Assembly (NCBI GenBank): GCA_010405405.1
Contig: MU004238.1
Coordinates: 1,623,530 to 1,687,529, forward strand
Reading direction: 5' to 3'
DNA: 64,000 nt
Origin: Microthyrium microscopicum
Lineage: Eukaryota
Shown: positions 13,369 through 25,670 of the stretch, one piece after another
Layout: each line of letters opens with the position of its first letter
Position numbering within the stretch: the stretch's first letter is position 1
The notes under the pieces: model-generated
What the model saw: only the letters and a program-made list of their open reading frames with translations
What the model was told of the DNA's origin: nothing
The model's database searches: none
Program-made: the position numbers and the translations under genes

Positions 13369-15542
13369 ATCGACAGCGTCCGCTAAAGCGATTGAGGTAT
13401 GAGATGAAGGTTGCACCAAGGTTGTTAAGGGGAATGTAGTCAAACGATGCGCTGTGTATGAAGTATGGTCAGCAATCAAGCTTGGATGCGACGAACGCGA
13501 CAGATGTGGGGCCAGGCTAGAGGTAAGATAGGAGCGCAGATCTATTTCTAGAGCTTAGGGTGAGGCTCACTCTACCACAACACCAGGTACAAGTCGCTGC
13601 GGTGACTGTTGTTTAGGAAATGACGTAGCTGGGGCTTCGAGAGAGGTGAGACGAGAGCTGATGGGGCCAAGAGGGGTTGCAGCATGGGGCGCAGCCGTCG
13701 CCAGGCAGGCAGTAAGGTGAACGGCACTGGCAGGTTTGCCCGATGGTGGAGATGTTTGAGAATAAGGGATAAGGGACGAGATGAAGTTGGGGTTGATGGT
13801 GGGTGGGGAATGAAAGAGAGAATAATAGTAGGAGAGTGCAGGAGTAGTGGAGTAAGAGTTTAGGAAAGATGATGGGGGAGAGCGTACAGTGAAGGAGCCG
13901 CTTGTTTGAGGACCTGGGGGAACCTGGGGATGGAGTTGGGCCGTGGATAGGATAGGGCAGTTACTACCCACTACTTCAAACTAACCTAGAGCAGGAGCGA
14001 CCTAGCCTGTGTGTAGTGTGTACAGGTAGCAGCTTTGAACAGCAGGAGCGATTGGTATATATTGAGAAGGAGCACCCGCGCAAGATGCTTACCACGGTAG
14101 GAGCGATGGACTGCCTTGACCGCCTGGTACCTCAGTTGCTGTGGACAGCGGAAAAGTAATTTGATACCGGAACAAATCCAACAGGTTGCGTAGGCAAAAT
14201 AAGAATTAGCGACTGTAGGTGGTCCTAGAAGTTGACAAGCTCGAGGTTGTACAGCGCGAAGATGGGTGAGCAGGTGGATGAGATGGGATCCTGGCGCGTA
14301 CTTTGCGGGCAGTGGGACAGCTTGTGAGCTCTTTGGTTGTGGTTGGATGAGAAACAATGGTCTGAACCAGATCAATCGCTGAATACCACTTGACACTTGA
14401 CTCGCTTGACACGGGGAAATACCGAAGCAGGATCTTTGGAGAGAGGGAAAAAAAGCTGGGAGTGAAATGGATGATGAGTGAAGGTGTTACAGGCGCGTCA
14501 GAAGGATGGCAGACAAGCGACGAGAGACGGCTCACAAGCTCTCTCTGTAAATTGATGTTGCCAAGATGGATTAACGAAGCAAAATTGAACAACAGCGCCT
14601 CATGACTGGCCGTTGAAAAATAATCATGCCCCAGCTCCAAAGTTTGGTTCTGCCTCAGACGTTTTCAAACTCCTTCTGCCAACCTGCTGTGACGTCCATT
14701 TGGCCATTCATCATCGAGAGCCCATGCAATATGTATGTCTGTCTTTGTTCCTTGTATTTTACAGTCTCTGATGCAGATGGACCTGCAGACAGGGTCTTTA
14801 TTGGCCGTTTTCTACCTATTCTTTCATGTACATGCATCTCCACTATTAACGCTATCAAGTATAAACTCGTATTCTTCCCAAGCAGCTTTTCTGTCCTGCA
14901 ACAGCCTTATCGCAAAAAAAACATGTCGCTGGCACGCTGCTGTTGTCGGTCCTGCTTCACGCACGTTGACACATGGGGGCGGAAAGCAATTTAATTTCCT
15001 TCCCGTTGGGAGGCCAGTAGTTGGGTTTAATCTAAAAATAGAACCCAACATTCCGGACTTCATTCTACCCAACAAGTTACAAACAAAGCTTTATCAAGTC
15101 CTGACAGACCAACTCTATGTTCCTGGCCGTACGACATGAGTACAAGGCAAGCCACACGAGAGACTGGTGAACTTGGGTCTCTCAGTAAATTCCGAGAGTC
15201 GGCAGCTTTCCTGGTAATAAAATGCGACATCACCACTCAATTGCCAAAGTTGGTAGATCATAAGAGGTAGTGTTCATGACTTGTCATGAGCTGTTTCGAC
15301 GAGAGACGTCAGGCTAGAGTAATCTGCAATCAACTTTCATCGTCATTGAATGCAAAAACAAGGCAGGGAATCATGATTGTCATATTTCATTACAGGGCTA
15401 ACAAGGGCATGGCAAAATAAAAACGAAAATGAAGAGAAGTAAATATCTTATGTTCATTCAAAAAGTTTATCACTACCTACATAAAGTCCTAGGTAACGCA
15501 AACGTGTTCAATGGCCTATCTATCGACCGCTCGTCTACTCAC

Positions 15543-16721
15543 CTAATACTCGTCGATCCCAAGGATCAGGCGTTGCAACTCCAGAGCTTCATCAGAATAG
15601 CCATAACATCTAGGCATAATATCCCGCCACTCACCTCTGATCCATTCTAGAGCTGCTGTCGCAGAAATGACAACTGTCGGGTCAAGCTCCATGGTGTCAG
15701 ATCTTTTGGACCTGCTTGATGATGTGTCTGAGAAATTGGTGTCAAGTTCCATGGCGGTAGAGCTATTGGACCTGCAGATAGACATATTCACCGAAAATAC
15801 TGCATCGAGGCCGTCTCTCCAGTAGCTGTCAGGCTCACCTGTAAGGAGATTATGAAGTCTTTTCAAAGCATCGACGCCAGTATATCCGCATTCTCCGCTA
15901 GATCGCCTTCGGCGAAGGAGCAGCCGCTTTCCCTCTGCATCGCTACCAATTTCAGCATGGATCAACTGGCGAAGAAGGTTGCCAAGCTGAATAGCATCGA
16001 TATCAGGTTCCGCCATATGTTCCTGGCGCTGGGGAATCTTGTACTTGGCTTGAACAATGCTTGGACGATTCTCTGCCCAGCGGTACTGGGCTAAGCCCCA
16101 GTCAGCTAGAACAATCAACGGGAATCGCGAAGAGTCAGTCATCTTGAAGAAGACGTTTTGCACGTGAACATCGCAATGATCAATACTTCGCCAATCAGCC
16201 TCTGTGCCAGGTCCATCATGGATTGCCTGGAGAGCCACAGTCAGTTGATATGCGATGTTCCAGAGTTGCAACTCTCGATCCATCAAACTGCCTTTGTCGG
16301 GTGCTTCCCACTGCCACTGGAATAGATCGCCATCGTATTTGTCCATGACAGGACCCGTATTGATGCTACTGGTGAATCTGGTACTGAGAGCAGGACCATT
16401 CGGCCAACGAGCCCATCCATAGAAAGTGCTAAAGTGCTTGTAGGCCGGATGGCCCTGGAACGACTCCCTTAGCATCGCCATAACATGGATTTCGCCTTCT
16501 TGCGCGTGAGGCAAGTTGCCAAATTTGGCTACGAAACCCTTGTTGTAGCAATCAAGAACTTCATAGACACGTCCAAATGAGCCTTCTCCAAGCGGTTCTG
16601 GTGACAAGAATCTATATGGAAACTCCTCCGCTCTGTAGGCGAGTTTAGTGTCTTCACTGGGAAGAATGAGTGTTGGAGCTGTGGCAGAATACCACTGGAT
16701 GCTACGCGAATCGAAGTCCAT
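15543..16721 (-). CDS. divergent protein kinase-like protein
   Basis: LGEGSFGRVY Gly loop, VAK lysine, HCDVHVQNVFF catalytic loop, LADWGLA. Confidence 0.7.
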   Translation of the reverse strand: MDFDSRSIQWYSATAPTLILPSEDTKLAYRAEEFPYRFLSPEPLGEGSFGRVYEVLDCYNKGFVAKFGNLPHAQEGEIHVMAMLRESFQGHPAYKHFSTFYGWARWPNGPALSTRFTSSINTGPVMDKYDGDLFQWQWEAPDKGSLMDRELQLWNIAYQLTVALQAIHDGPGTEADWRSIDHCDVHVQNVFFKMTDSSRFPLIVLADWGLAQYRWAENRPSIVQAKYKIPQRQEHMAEPDIDAIQLGNLLRQLIHAEIGSDAEGKRLLLRRRRSSGECGYTGVDALKRLHNLLTGEPDSYWRDGLDAVFSVNMSICRSNSSTAMELDTNFSDTSSSRSKRSDTMELDPTVVISATAALEWIRGEWRDIMPRCYGYSDEALELQRLILGIDEY

Positions 16722-18668
16722 CTATCAATATATCCTGTTTGGATATCGATTGAGTGTTTTTTTTTGTTTGATGTGTGATGTGGTTTTGATCCAATGCTTT
16801 ATGGTGGTCCATGATGTTAATCTCAAATAGCTTGGGTCATAAGTGAACTGCTGTAAGAGGTTGCTAATTGCACTAAGCCATTGCTTTGCACCTGGTTAAA
16901 GGCTTTGTTGTCTGTCTGGAGAGATGGAACAAGGTCATAGTCTTATCTTCATTGACACCAAGTAGGACAATGTTTTGTTTAGTGGTTCCAGGGACAAAGA
17001 ACTGAAGCTCCGAGGTATCAGCCGTTAAGATATACTACCAGAAGACTGGTGTTGAATTTCCCGTCGCCAGGCATCGTGTTTTGCTGCTGCAAGTCCAATA
17101 TCACACAATTCACTCAAAACTTTGCACTGCCCAGCCTGCACCTGAGTTCTCCAAGTCGTCGTACCATATCAGTCTGCTAGTTACCAATATACATTGGAAA
17201 GCTTCAAGAGAAGTGACTTGCATAATTTACGGATCGTTCGCTGGTACTTGGTCCCTGGCGCATATATAGATACCTACACGGTGGGAAGATTTCGAGCTCT
17301 ATTCTGGAAAGATTCAAAACCTCCTCCTTCTTGCCTCAGACAGTACCAGTGCTACTCAAAATTTTTGGCACAACTGACCATGTGACTGCCGTAGAGAGTT
17401 AAAGCGAATGTCTAAAACCCTCTTTTCAACTTGACTTTGACTGATCGTATGATATAATGCTTCACGAATTGTGTGATGTTTCAGCTGGCTGCTATCCTTG
17501 TCAGAGCGAAAACAGACGGCAGGTAGAGGGCCATATGCTGCTGAGATCATTTAGAGAATCAGAGAGAAAGTCTAATCTTTTGCTATACTACCTAGGGACG
17601 CTTACATTCTCGGTCAGTACATTGGTAATTTCGAATCCTGCTTCAGTCTTCTTGCTCTAGAACGAAATAATATGCATCGCGTTCCCTAAACTCTTTTTTT
17701 TTGACAAATACTGTTGACGATATCTCCCTCTCTTACTGACATAAGAGGCAGACTCCAGAGCTTTGGAATGATAAAATGTCAAACAATAAACATGCATCTT
17801 TTTTCCTTCCCATGCTTTTATATGAACAGTTCAGATATCTCGAAGTTATTTACAGTAACCAAAAAAGTTATGATGAGCCCTTATCCAGATATAGATCCTT
17901 GGAAGATACCTTCTTAGTTCATGCTATATGTTCGCTGGGATTTCCGGATTTTATAAAGAAGGAGTAGATCATATCAGTGCAGTGAATACCCTCTCCTGAT
18001 GCAATCGTCCGTATATCCCTCCGCCAGGTTTGGTCCCGTTACCACCGACCTGGCTCCGTGTTGGTTACGATTTGAACGCTGGGCCGTGTCGTAGTCCAGA
18101 GTGACGACTCTATGGATATTTAATCTAATAAACCCGAGGCAGGACAGGCACAACGACAGGCATACAACAAGCTTGGATTCGGCTGACCGGCACCCTTACC
18201 AACTAGAAATTATAGTTTGAAAAAATGCTCATGGTTTCATCGTAGATAGGTCAGTGGTAGGCCACGTCTAGCCAGTCTAGCCATCGATCTGTAAGCATAT
18301 ATACACTATAATGGTGCCAGCAAACCATACTAGTAGTATTATTCTGACGAAAACCACAGTTTCACGCGCTTCGCGGCACCAGGGTAGACGAGCCGAGCGC
18401 GAAGGAATAGTTGTCTTGTTAACCTATAGCGCAGAGCTTTAGTCGCTTAGCTGGTGTTGTGCATTCAATTGATCAACTACGGAATAATTCAGGGTCGTCC
18501 TGAGTATCTGTTCAATTAGTATTCAAAGTATAGAATATACACGGGAAATTTTGAGGCCGTAGTCATGTTTGCACTTATCTTGCTGATGATTCCACTTCGT
18601 ACTATGATGAATTTCCGATTTCTCGGTTACTTTCCAAGGTTTGTTGTCAAATCAAAAATACCCTCAAC

Positions 18669-19858
18669 ATGTTCTGGCTCCTTCCGTTCCTAGGATGTGG
18701 TTTCGTTTCATTGGTAGGCAGTCAGGAACTTCCTAGATATAACAGTACTCTTGGTTCGACGGCATTGGCTGCGGCCACTTTTACGAACCCGCTGAGACAG
18801 ACAAATGGTGCTGATCCGTTCATCATAACGCACCAGGGATACTACTATTTCATGACCACGACGTACACGGATATCAAACTGACGAGATCGCGCACAATCG
18901 AAGGCTTGAAAACGGGAGAAACCAGGACCGTGTACAAGGACGCTACGAAAGATCGATGCTGTAATGTTTGGTCACCTCGTGCGTTTCTCGCTCTTTGCTG
19001 TACCTTCGATTTTTACTGACAGTTTCGTTCAGAACTTGCAGCAATAGACGGGACGTGGTACATCTACTTCACATCAGGACAAGCAGACAACTCGCAGCAA
19101 AGAGCCCGAGTTCTCAAAGGCGGCAACCATCCAGTATGTTCCTGCACAACTACCAGCTCCGTCACGATCAGCTAACAACGCCCAGTGGAGCACATATACA
19201 TACGCCAATCGCATCACAGATGAATGGGCAACGGATGGTACTGTCACGGACATCAACCGACAGCACTACTACATTTTCTCCTGCTCGCGTAAGCCCTTGC
19301 TTGGCAAGGCTCAACAAGCATTATGCATAGCTCCCTTCCAGACTCCCACTAAGCTCGGCGCAATCAGCGTCATCTCACAACCCACAGCAGCTTGGGAGAG
19401 CGCAGATGGACTGATGCCCGTCAATGCTGGGCCGTCTGTGATCTATTATGGCGGTAGATATATTATGGCGCATTCAGGCACGTATTGTACCTCGCCATCG
19501 ACGGCTATTGGATTGATGACGCTGGAGAATGGCATGGATCCTACGCGAGCGGCGTCTTGGTATGTATAGTGCAGTTGAATAGTCGGAAGCTTCGTGGCTA
19601 ATAGGTTGTAGGACGAAATCGGGACCAGTGCTTGGAAGCGCGTATGATAACTATGGGCCGGGGCATATGACCTTCTTCAGGAGTCTTGATGACAAGGAGG
19701 TCTGGTCTGTCTATCATGCGACGAGTAATCCGAGGGGTGCTTGCGATAAGTCTCGATACACGATGGCTTACATCGTGGAGTGGGATGATAAAGGCAACCC
19801 GTTGTTCAGAGGTCCGCCACCGCTGAATGCTCGAAACAAAGTGCCCAGTGGCGAGTAG
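18669..19858 (+). CDS. secreted GH43 (arabinofuranosidase-like) protein, probably catalytically impaired
   Basis: Signal peptide; GADPF, WSPQL (WAPE-like), WATDGT, VNAGP (NEGP-like) and YGPGH motifs after removing 3 introns (~18979-19032, ~19133-19184, ~19560-19610). Confidence 0.8.
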
Positions 19859-20126
19859 CAATTGAGGCCGCAGCGAGGAACCAAAGATCGTGCGAGGGCC
19901 GAGGCTATGGAGGCGAAGAGAGTGGTGTCGAGGGATTTCTAGGAGCCGTGATAGATTGAGAGGAAGGCTGAAGCAAAGGAGGCAAACTTCAGCTTTATAT
20001 TTGTGTCGATGCGACAACAATGTTTTTCGACGCATACAGAGGGGAATGAGGCCTCCGTAACCGCGTGAATGCGAGGATGTAATGATGCTGGAAGTATGGC
20101 ATTGATGTGATTTTCGCCAGGTAATA

Positions 20127-21071
20127 TCATGTAGCAATTAATCGTCCTGCTTTTCCTCGTTCTACGAGCTTGTGTATGAAGTTTGCAAGAGCCTCGCCAA
20201 AGAAGTCATATCCTCGTCTTGTCATGTGTAGACCGTCTTTACTCCAGAGATTGTACTCTTCAGCCTTAGGATCTCGAGTCCACGGCATCAGAGCAGCAAG
20301 GTCCATGAAGAATACACCCAACATCAGGTGCAGGCTCGTAGTTGGCAACATAATCAGCAATTAGCATATTGAGTTGTGACCGCGAAGTACGCGCCTTTAC
20401 AGCCAATTGCGAGGTGTGCGAATCCATTCGACGTTCTGGTACAAGAAGACAGAGCACCGATGCACCTGTCGATAAGACGTACTCATATGGCACTCTAAGT
20501 CCAGCAAATACTTCGGCAGCAGCATCGGGGTCGTTGACCTAGAATTTGTCAGTATAAGTTTACGATCGGAGTTGACATGCCTGAAAAGACCATTGGGCCT
20601 CTTCGTGGTGAAACCACAAAACTTATCGCATTTTTTCTGAAGCGATTAGAAGAACCTTCTGTAGGAGCTATCAAATGCGAAGGGAGATAACGGGGTTTCG
20701 GTGTGTTGGATGTCATCAAGATATGTAATTGATACGGGAAAAATCTTACCTTAAGCCTTGGTCGTTGGTGCCACCTAAAAGAATGGGTAGGTCGTACTTT
20801 GGGTTCGAAGTATCGGTTCGCTTAGGCAAAGCGGTCTGGAGGCGCTGCAAGAATTGACCATATAGTGATTCGAGGACGCGATTACCACAGAAGCCGTTAA
20901 CATCGACCGTGATGGTATAGTCAGGCACGAGAGTAGCGAGGCGAGACTTGAGCGCCGGGCCGTACGATGCATGTGCGTGCCACAGTCTATGTATCCTTGA
21001 ACGAGAGAATCGCCGAAGGCTAGGATTTTGATCTGATTTGGATTTGAGAGTTTCAGCTTCTGGGTTTCCAT
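20127..21071 (-). pseudogene. SGNH/GDSL hydrolase with two apparent frameshifts
   Basis: ILAFGDSL, LLGGTND and DGLH blocks lie in different frames; shifts at ~20965 and ~20315 with no room for introns. Confidence 0.7.
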
Positions 21072-21609
21072 TTCTACAACGCGAATGATGTTTCTAGCGA
21101 GCTGTTGCTATGGCGAGAGTGGTGGTCTTTATGTCCAATTCTTCGGTTCCATGCTCTTACATACTGATTCTTAAAGAACAGCCATCGATATGATAATCTA
21201 TCAGGAGCTTAAACAGGCAGACACCTTAGCTTTGTCAACGTTGAAGAGGCCGACTGGTTGAAGCCGCGCTTGAACTCGCGCCGGCAGATCGGCCTGCGCT
21301 TCCAAGCAAAATTTCCGGTCCACAAATCCATTGCTTAATGATTTAACTGGTTGGGACGAGCGTTAGGAACATCAACCAGACCTCTCGAGATCCGACTCGA
21401 GATCTAATGGTTAACCGGTGGACCGGTGGTGTTGACTTGATGCCAAGACGTCCATCATCCAGATTCGCGCTAACCACATTGAGAAGTCATAGCTCAACTT
21501 TTCTGGTTTTCCATCTCTTGAGCTCGTCGACAGTTGAAATCGTGAGAAAGATTCATTTACACCATCATCGCATTTACTCGCACTCAATCTTCCAGTTCCT
21601 ACCGCCAGA

Positions 21610-21981
21610 ATGAACGCTCCCAAGTACCGCCCCTAAGCCAAGACCCCTTGAATCCACGCTGATTGTACATAGCCTCACCCAAGCAGAGCAGCAGGAATAC
21701 CAGCAGCGCATGGAGCGCAAGAGTATTCAAATGGCCATCTTGGTACGTTGACATTCGCAATCATTACTATGCCCAGCTAACGATGTCAGCAATTCTCTCG
21801 CCTCACCCAACAATGCTTCGAGCCATGCGTTGAAGACTTTACATCCAAAACTCTGGGATCGAGGGAGGAAGCTTGCCTTACCAAGTGCTTCGAGAAGTTC
21901 CACAACGGGCAGACGAGAATTGCCCAGCGGTTCCAGGAGAACATGGCCGTTATCACGAACAACGGACAAGGCGGATTCTAA
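21610..21981 (+). CDS. TIM9: mitochondrial intermembrane-space chaperone Tim9
   Basis: Three short exons give MNAPNLTQAEQQEYQQRMERK...CFEPCVEDFTSKTLGSREEACLTKC...RIAQRFQE (twin CX3C). Absent from the ORF track. Confidence 0.85.
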
Positions 21982-22244
21982 AGGATAATGTGCAAGGCGG
22001 AGAAAAGCTTGGTCTCAACCAAGCACTGAAATTATTGCATTGGAACGGAGTTGGTTCTTCTCGACTCTCTTGTATAGACCGCCGGAGTCTGTAGGATACC
22101 ATTGATCATAATCCACGAAACATATATCCGACGTGTTCAATGTCATCTGAACCGTTGACCTATTTTCTCAAAAACCCATTCCTGCAAAGATAATGATACC
22201 CATGAAAGCGCCCTACACCTTCTAACTCCAGCCATCAATCAAAC

Positions 22245-23050
22245 TCAATCACGCATCGCCTCGCCTTCACTTTCCACAACCGTAGTCTTCCCCTCCGCCG
22301 CAATCCAGTACGCAACAACGCGTATCCGAAACTCCGCCATCGCTACACCAAACATCTTCAACAAACTCGTTTGATGGCTATCCAGCACCTGTCCCTCTTT
22401 ACACACCACATACTCATTATCAAGCACCACCTTGCCCTTGTCCATCTTTGTCGGCATACCCCACTTTCTTAACGTCGTCTCTACACTGTGGGGTACAGGC
22501 ACATCTTGGTCAGACGGCACTTCTCCGCCCCGTGAGTAGACGATGCCGGCGGGCACAGTAAAGGTGTGTGTGGCAGCGACGCCAGCGCGCGCAAAGTCGG
22601 TCTGAGCGTATGTGGAGAAGTAAGCGAGCACATCGGCGGGCGGGCGTGCAGTGAAGAGGAGGCCTATGTCGCCGCGCATGTGCGGTGTAAGGGTGGCGAG
22701 GCCGGGGAGGTATTCGGTTTCGGGGTCTGAGCCTAGGGATTTGGCCATGACTTTTGTTTTGCCGAAGAATATTCTAAGACTGTGAGCGGTGGGCGATCAT
22801 GGACATGGCAAGAGACATGGAGAGATATAAAAGTATCGACGGTACGGGGAAGAGCTTACCGGCTATCTGAGAACTCGGTTCTTACTTCTTTCAAGTAGTT
22901 GTTTCGCATATTTTCGACTTGAAATACGAAGACGAATGGGTACTCGTCTGCTGCCTCACGAACACCATTGTAGAGTTTTTCTGAAAGTTCTTTGCCTTTT
23001 TTCTCGACTTTGGAGAGATGTACAACCTTTGCGCGCCTTGATTTGGGCAT
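22245..23050 (-). CDS. MRT4: ribosome assembly factor Mrt4
   Basis: MPKSRRAKVVHLSKVEKKGKE, VENMRNNYLKEVR, IFFGKTKVMAKSLG, DFARAG, VCKEGQVLDSHQTSLLKMFG; one intron. Confidence 0.95.
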
Positions 23051-23350
23051 TGTTGCTGCAGTTGGAATTTGCGATTACTGGTATATTTTGTAGGCGGGGA
23101 ATGGATCTCAAAAAAAAGTTGACGGAGAAAGTGGTGGGAGAATTAAGGCAGGAGATTTGCAGGGTTCAAGGGTCCATCCAACTTCATCTCTCTTTTCTTT
23201 CAAGCTCCCCTGCTCGACTCTCTCGTCTCAACATCAGAACATTACAAAATTATACTCCATTCCAATGTGCAAACACTTCCACTCCTTTCGTGATTGCAGG
23301 CAATACAACGACACTTTTAGTAGAGCGCAGAAATAGGACACTCATTCAGC

Positions 23351-24724
23351 ATGTTGGATTTCATGGACTACATACAGCAAGCATTCTACCACTCTTCAAG
23401 ATGGAATATAGACAACTCCTACTCTGGCCTTAATGCCACAGCCCAGTGTAAGTGCCCTTGATCCCGGGTATTAACGAAAGCTCTAACGATCATGCCAGCT
23501 ATTCTCGAGTTTCCCATCCCCAAAGGCCTCCGTCTAAACGTCTCTTCCCTAGGCACACCCCATTTTAGTTCCTCCTACACCATTTCCCTCGCGGGAACCT
23601 CCGCCGGACCCGTCACAGGTCAACTCTCCTACCTTTACTCCTCTCTGCCTCTCACTGTGCCCTCGCGCAGCTCTACCATCCCCCTCTCCGCCATTGTTCG
23701 TGGCTATAGACATTTACGCCCACTACGCGCGCCTGACAACCCACGCGACTGGGAAGTCTGGCATCGTGGCCGGCGCGTCGATGAGCGCGACACACTTCTC
23801 TACGGCCGGATATTCCTTCCCACAAGCCGCCTGGAAGCGTTATGGCTACGGCGCACAACGCCAACGCAGATGCTGCAGGTTCGCGGTGTGAGTGATGCGA
23901 GTTTGCCGAATGGCGGTAGTTTGCTTGGGGTGGTACATAATGACCATGGGAAATATAGCACGGAGTATCTGTTCAGTAGCGACTCGGCCCTATTGGGCGC
24001 GCGCACGCTGTACAACGTTGGCCATGACCCGCGTCAAAAGCAAGATGATAGCTCTGAGGAGCTGATGCCGACACGCGCCGGGACAACAGCAGCATCGACG
24101 GCACCGCCAAGTTTGTTTTCGATGGGCGTGGAGGTGTATTATGGGCTGCTGAACAAGTCGGGAGGCATGTCGACAGGACTGAGGTTCACGACGCTGCCTG
24201 CATATCTCGCATTCCCGTATACGATGACATTGACGCTGAACCCACTGATGGGAAATTTAAGTAGCACGTATGCGGTCAAGGCTGGGAAGTATCTGGCGCT
24301 GAGCTCGAGGTTCGATTTCAATTTCTATAGCTATGAGAGTGGCGTGTTAGTTGGGTGCGAGCTTTGGCGGTTAAGGAAGCGTGCACCGCTGGAGCGCATA
24401 AATGATGCTGTCAAGACGTCAGAGACACCACCTAGTGCGACGATGGAGGATTTTGTGAATCCCGCTATGGATAAGGCTGCGGAGGAAGAGCAGGCTGGTG
24501 GCGGGTTGTTGAGATCATTGGGACATGGGTTCCCCTCACAAGCTCCGGCAGATGAAGATGTTGTGGGTGTGCTAAAAGCGCGCGTGGATCAAGATTGGAA
24601 GATTGGGCTGTTATGGGAGGGTCGATTTAAAGAGCTACTTTGCAGTGTTGGCGCCAGCCTGGATCTGAAGAGGCGAGAGAAGATATTTGCGGGCGTGGGT
24701 TTGGAAGTTCAATACTCGAACTGA
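23351..24724 (+). CDS. MDM10: mitochondrial distribution and morphology protein Mdm10
   Basis: Exon 1 [71 protein letters not shown]. Confidence 0.93.
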
Positions 24725-24911
24725 CTGGCGAACAACGGGAAAGCAACACTGACAAAAAACTCGAACTTTTAATTCTGGAGCCTCGAACGAAGCACATGAT
24801 ACAGCTTTCTGCACAGGAAAACAGATAGGCACTGGATGAAACAGCATGATGAATAACTCATTCCTTTCCTACGACAATCTAGTCCACGCCGTCATCAACA
24901 CAAGATACCCC

Positions 24912-25670
24912 TCAATTCAACGCCTTTTTATCGAGAATTCGACCTTCTGCCGAAACAAATGACGCATTGAACTGCACCGGAATAGCAATCGTGATGCGAT
25001 CGCGCCACTTTGCATCGCGATTCAGCAACTCCATAACCATATCACGACAATGGCCAGCATGCAGCGCGCTCTGGAATCGTGCATCAATCACCGTACCCAA
25101 CTCCCACATGCGCACATACTTTTCCCACGAGAAGATGCAGTGCGCGATATGCCAGCCATAAGTCGTCGCAAACATGTCATTGTGCTCCGCCAGTAGCTCC
25201 ACCTGGTCAATGGTCATTGGCTTGGAACCATTGGCGTTGGCGTACATTTGCCAGCTCTTGTCGGGCAGGGGTCCAGCTTCGTTGAATTGCTTGGTCAGTT
25301 CGTCGTCGCGGCAGTAAGGCGGTAGCCAAGAGGCCGATAGCCCGTCGTATTTGCAGCCGAGGGAAAGTGCTTCGGCTATGCTCTTGCCGCAGTAACACAC
25401 GCTGAGACCTGGGTCGAGCATGCGTGGGTGGCAGTCGGCTGGAGAGAAGAGGCGGTATACTTGGAAGACGAGAGACCAGAAACCCCAGAGGGCGAGGACG
25501 ATGCAGGTAATGCGGCCGACGGTGATGAGAATGCCCCTTCGCTTGATGGCGGGTGTTGGGTATGGGCTCTCTTTGAGAAGCTCTTCGTTCTCTTCGTTAT
25601 CCATGCTGAATGCTTCTTCTTCGAGGGAGGAGTATTTGGTTTTGCGAGGAATCCCGAATAGCTTGACCAT
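24912..25670 (-). CDS. membrane-anchored twin-HxxHC oxidase, DUF3328/UstYa-like
   Basis: KYSSL..E..LL N-terminus, one TM helix, CGKSIAEALSLGCKYD..SASWLPPYCRD, then WHIAHC-x25-HAGHC. Confidence 0.75.
   Translation of the reverse strand: MVKLFGIPRKTKYSSLEEEAFSMDNEENEELLKESPYPTPAIKRRGILITVGRITCIVLALWGFWSLVFQVYRLFSPADCHPRMLDPGLSVCYCGKSIAEALSLGCKYDGLSASWLPPYCRDDELTKQFNEAGPLPDKSWQMYANANGSKPMTIDQVELLAEHNDMFATTYGWHIAHCIFSWEKYVRMWELGTVIDARFQSALHAGHCRDMVMELLNRDAKWRDRITIAIPVQFNASFVSAEGRILDKKALN

Noticed and set aside
13567..15139. Several 70-145 aa ORFs upstream of the RhoGAP
   Set aside because: Low-complexity leader/promoter sequence without coding motifs.
18325..18410. CGCGCTTCGCG hairpin near CTAG, resembling a Helitron end
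   Set aside because: Short imperfect stem, spacing to CTAG too long, no matching 5' end.
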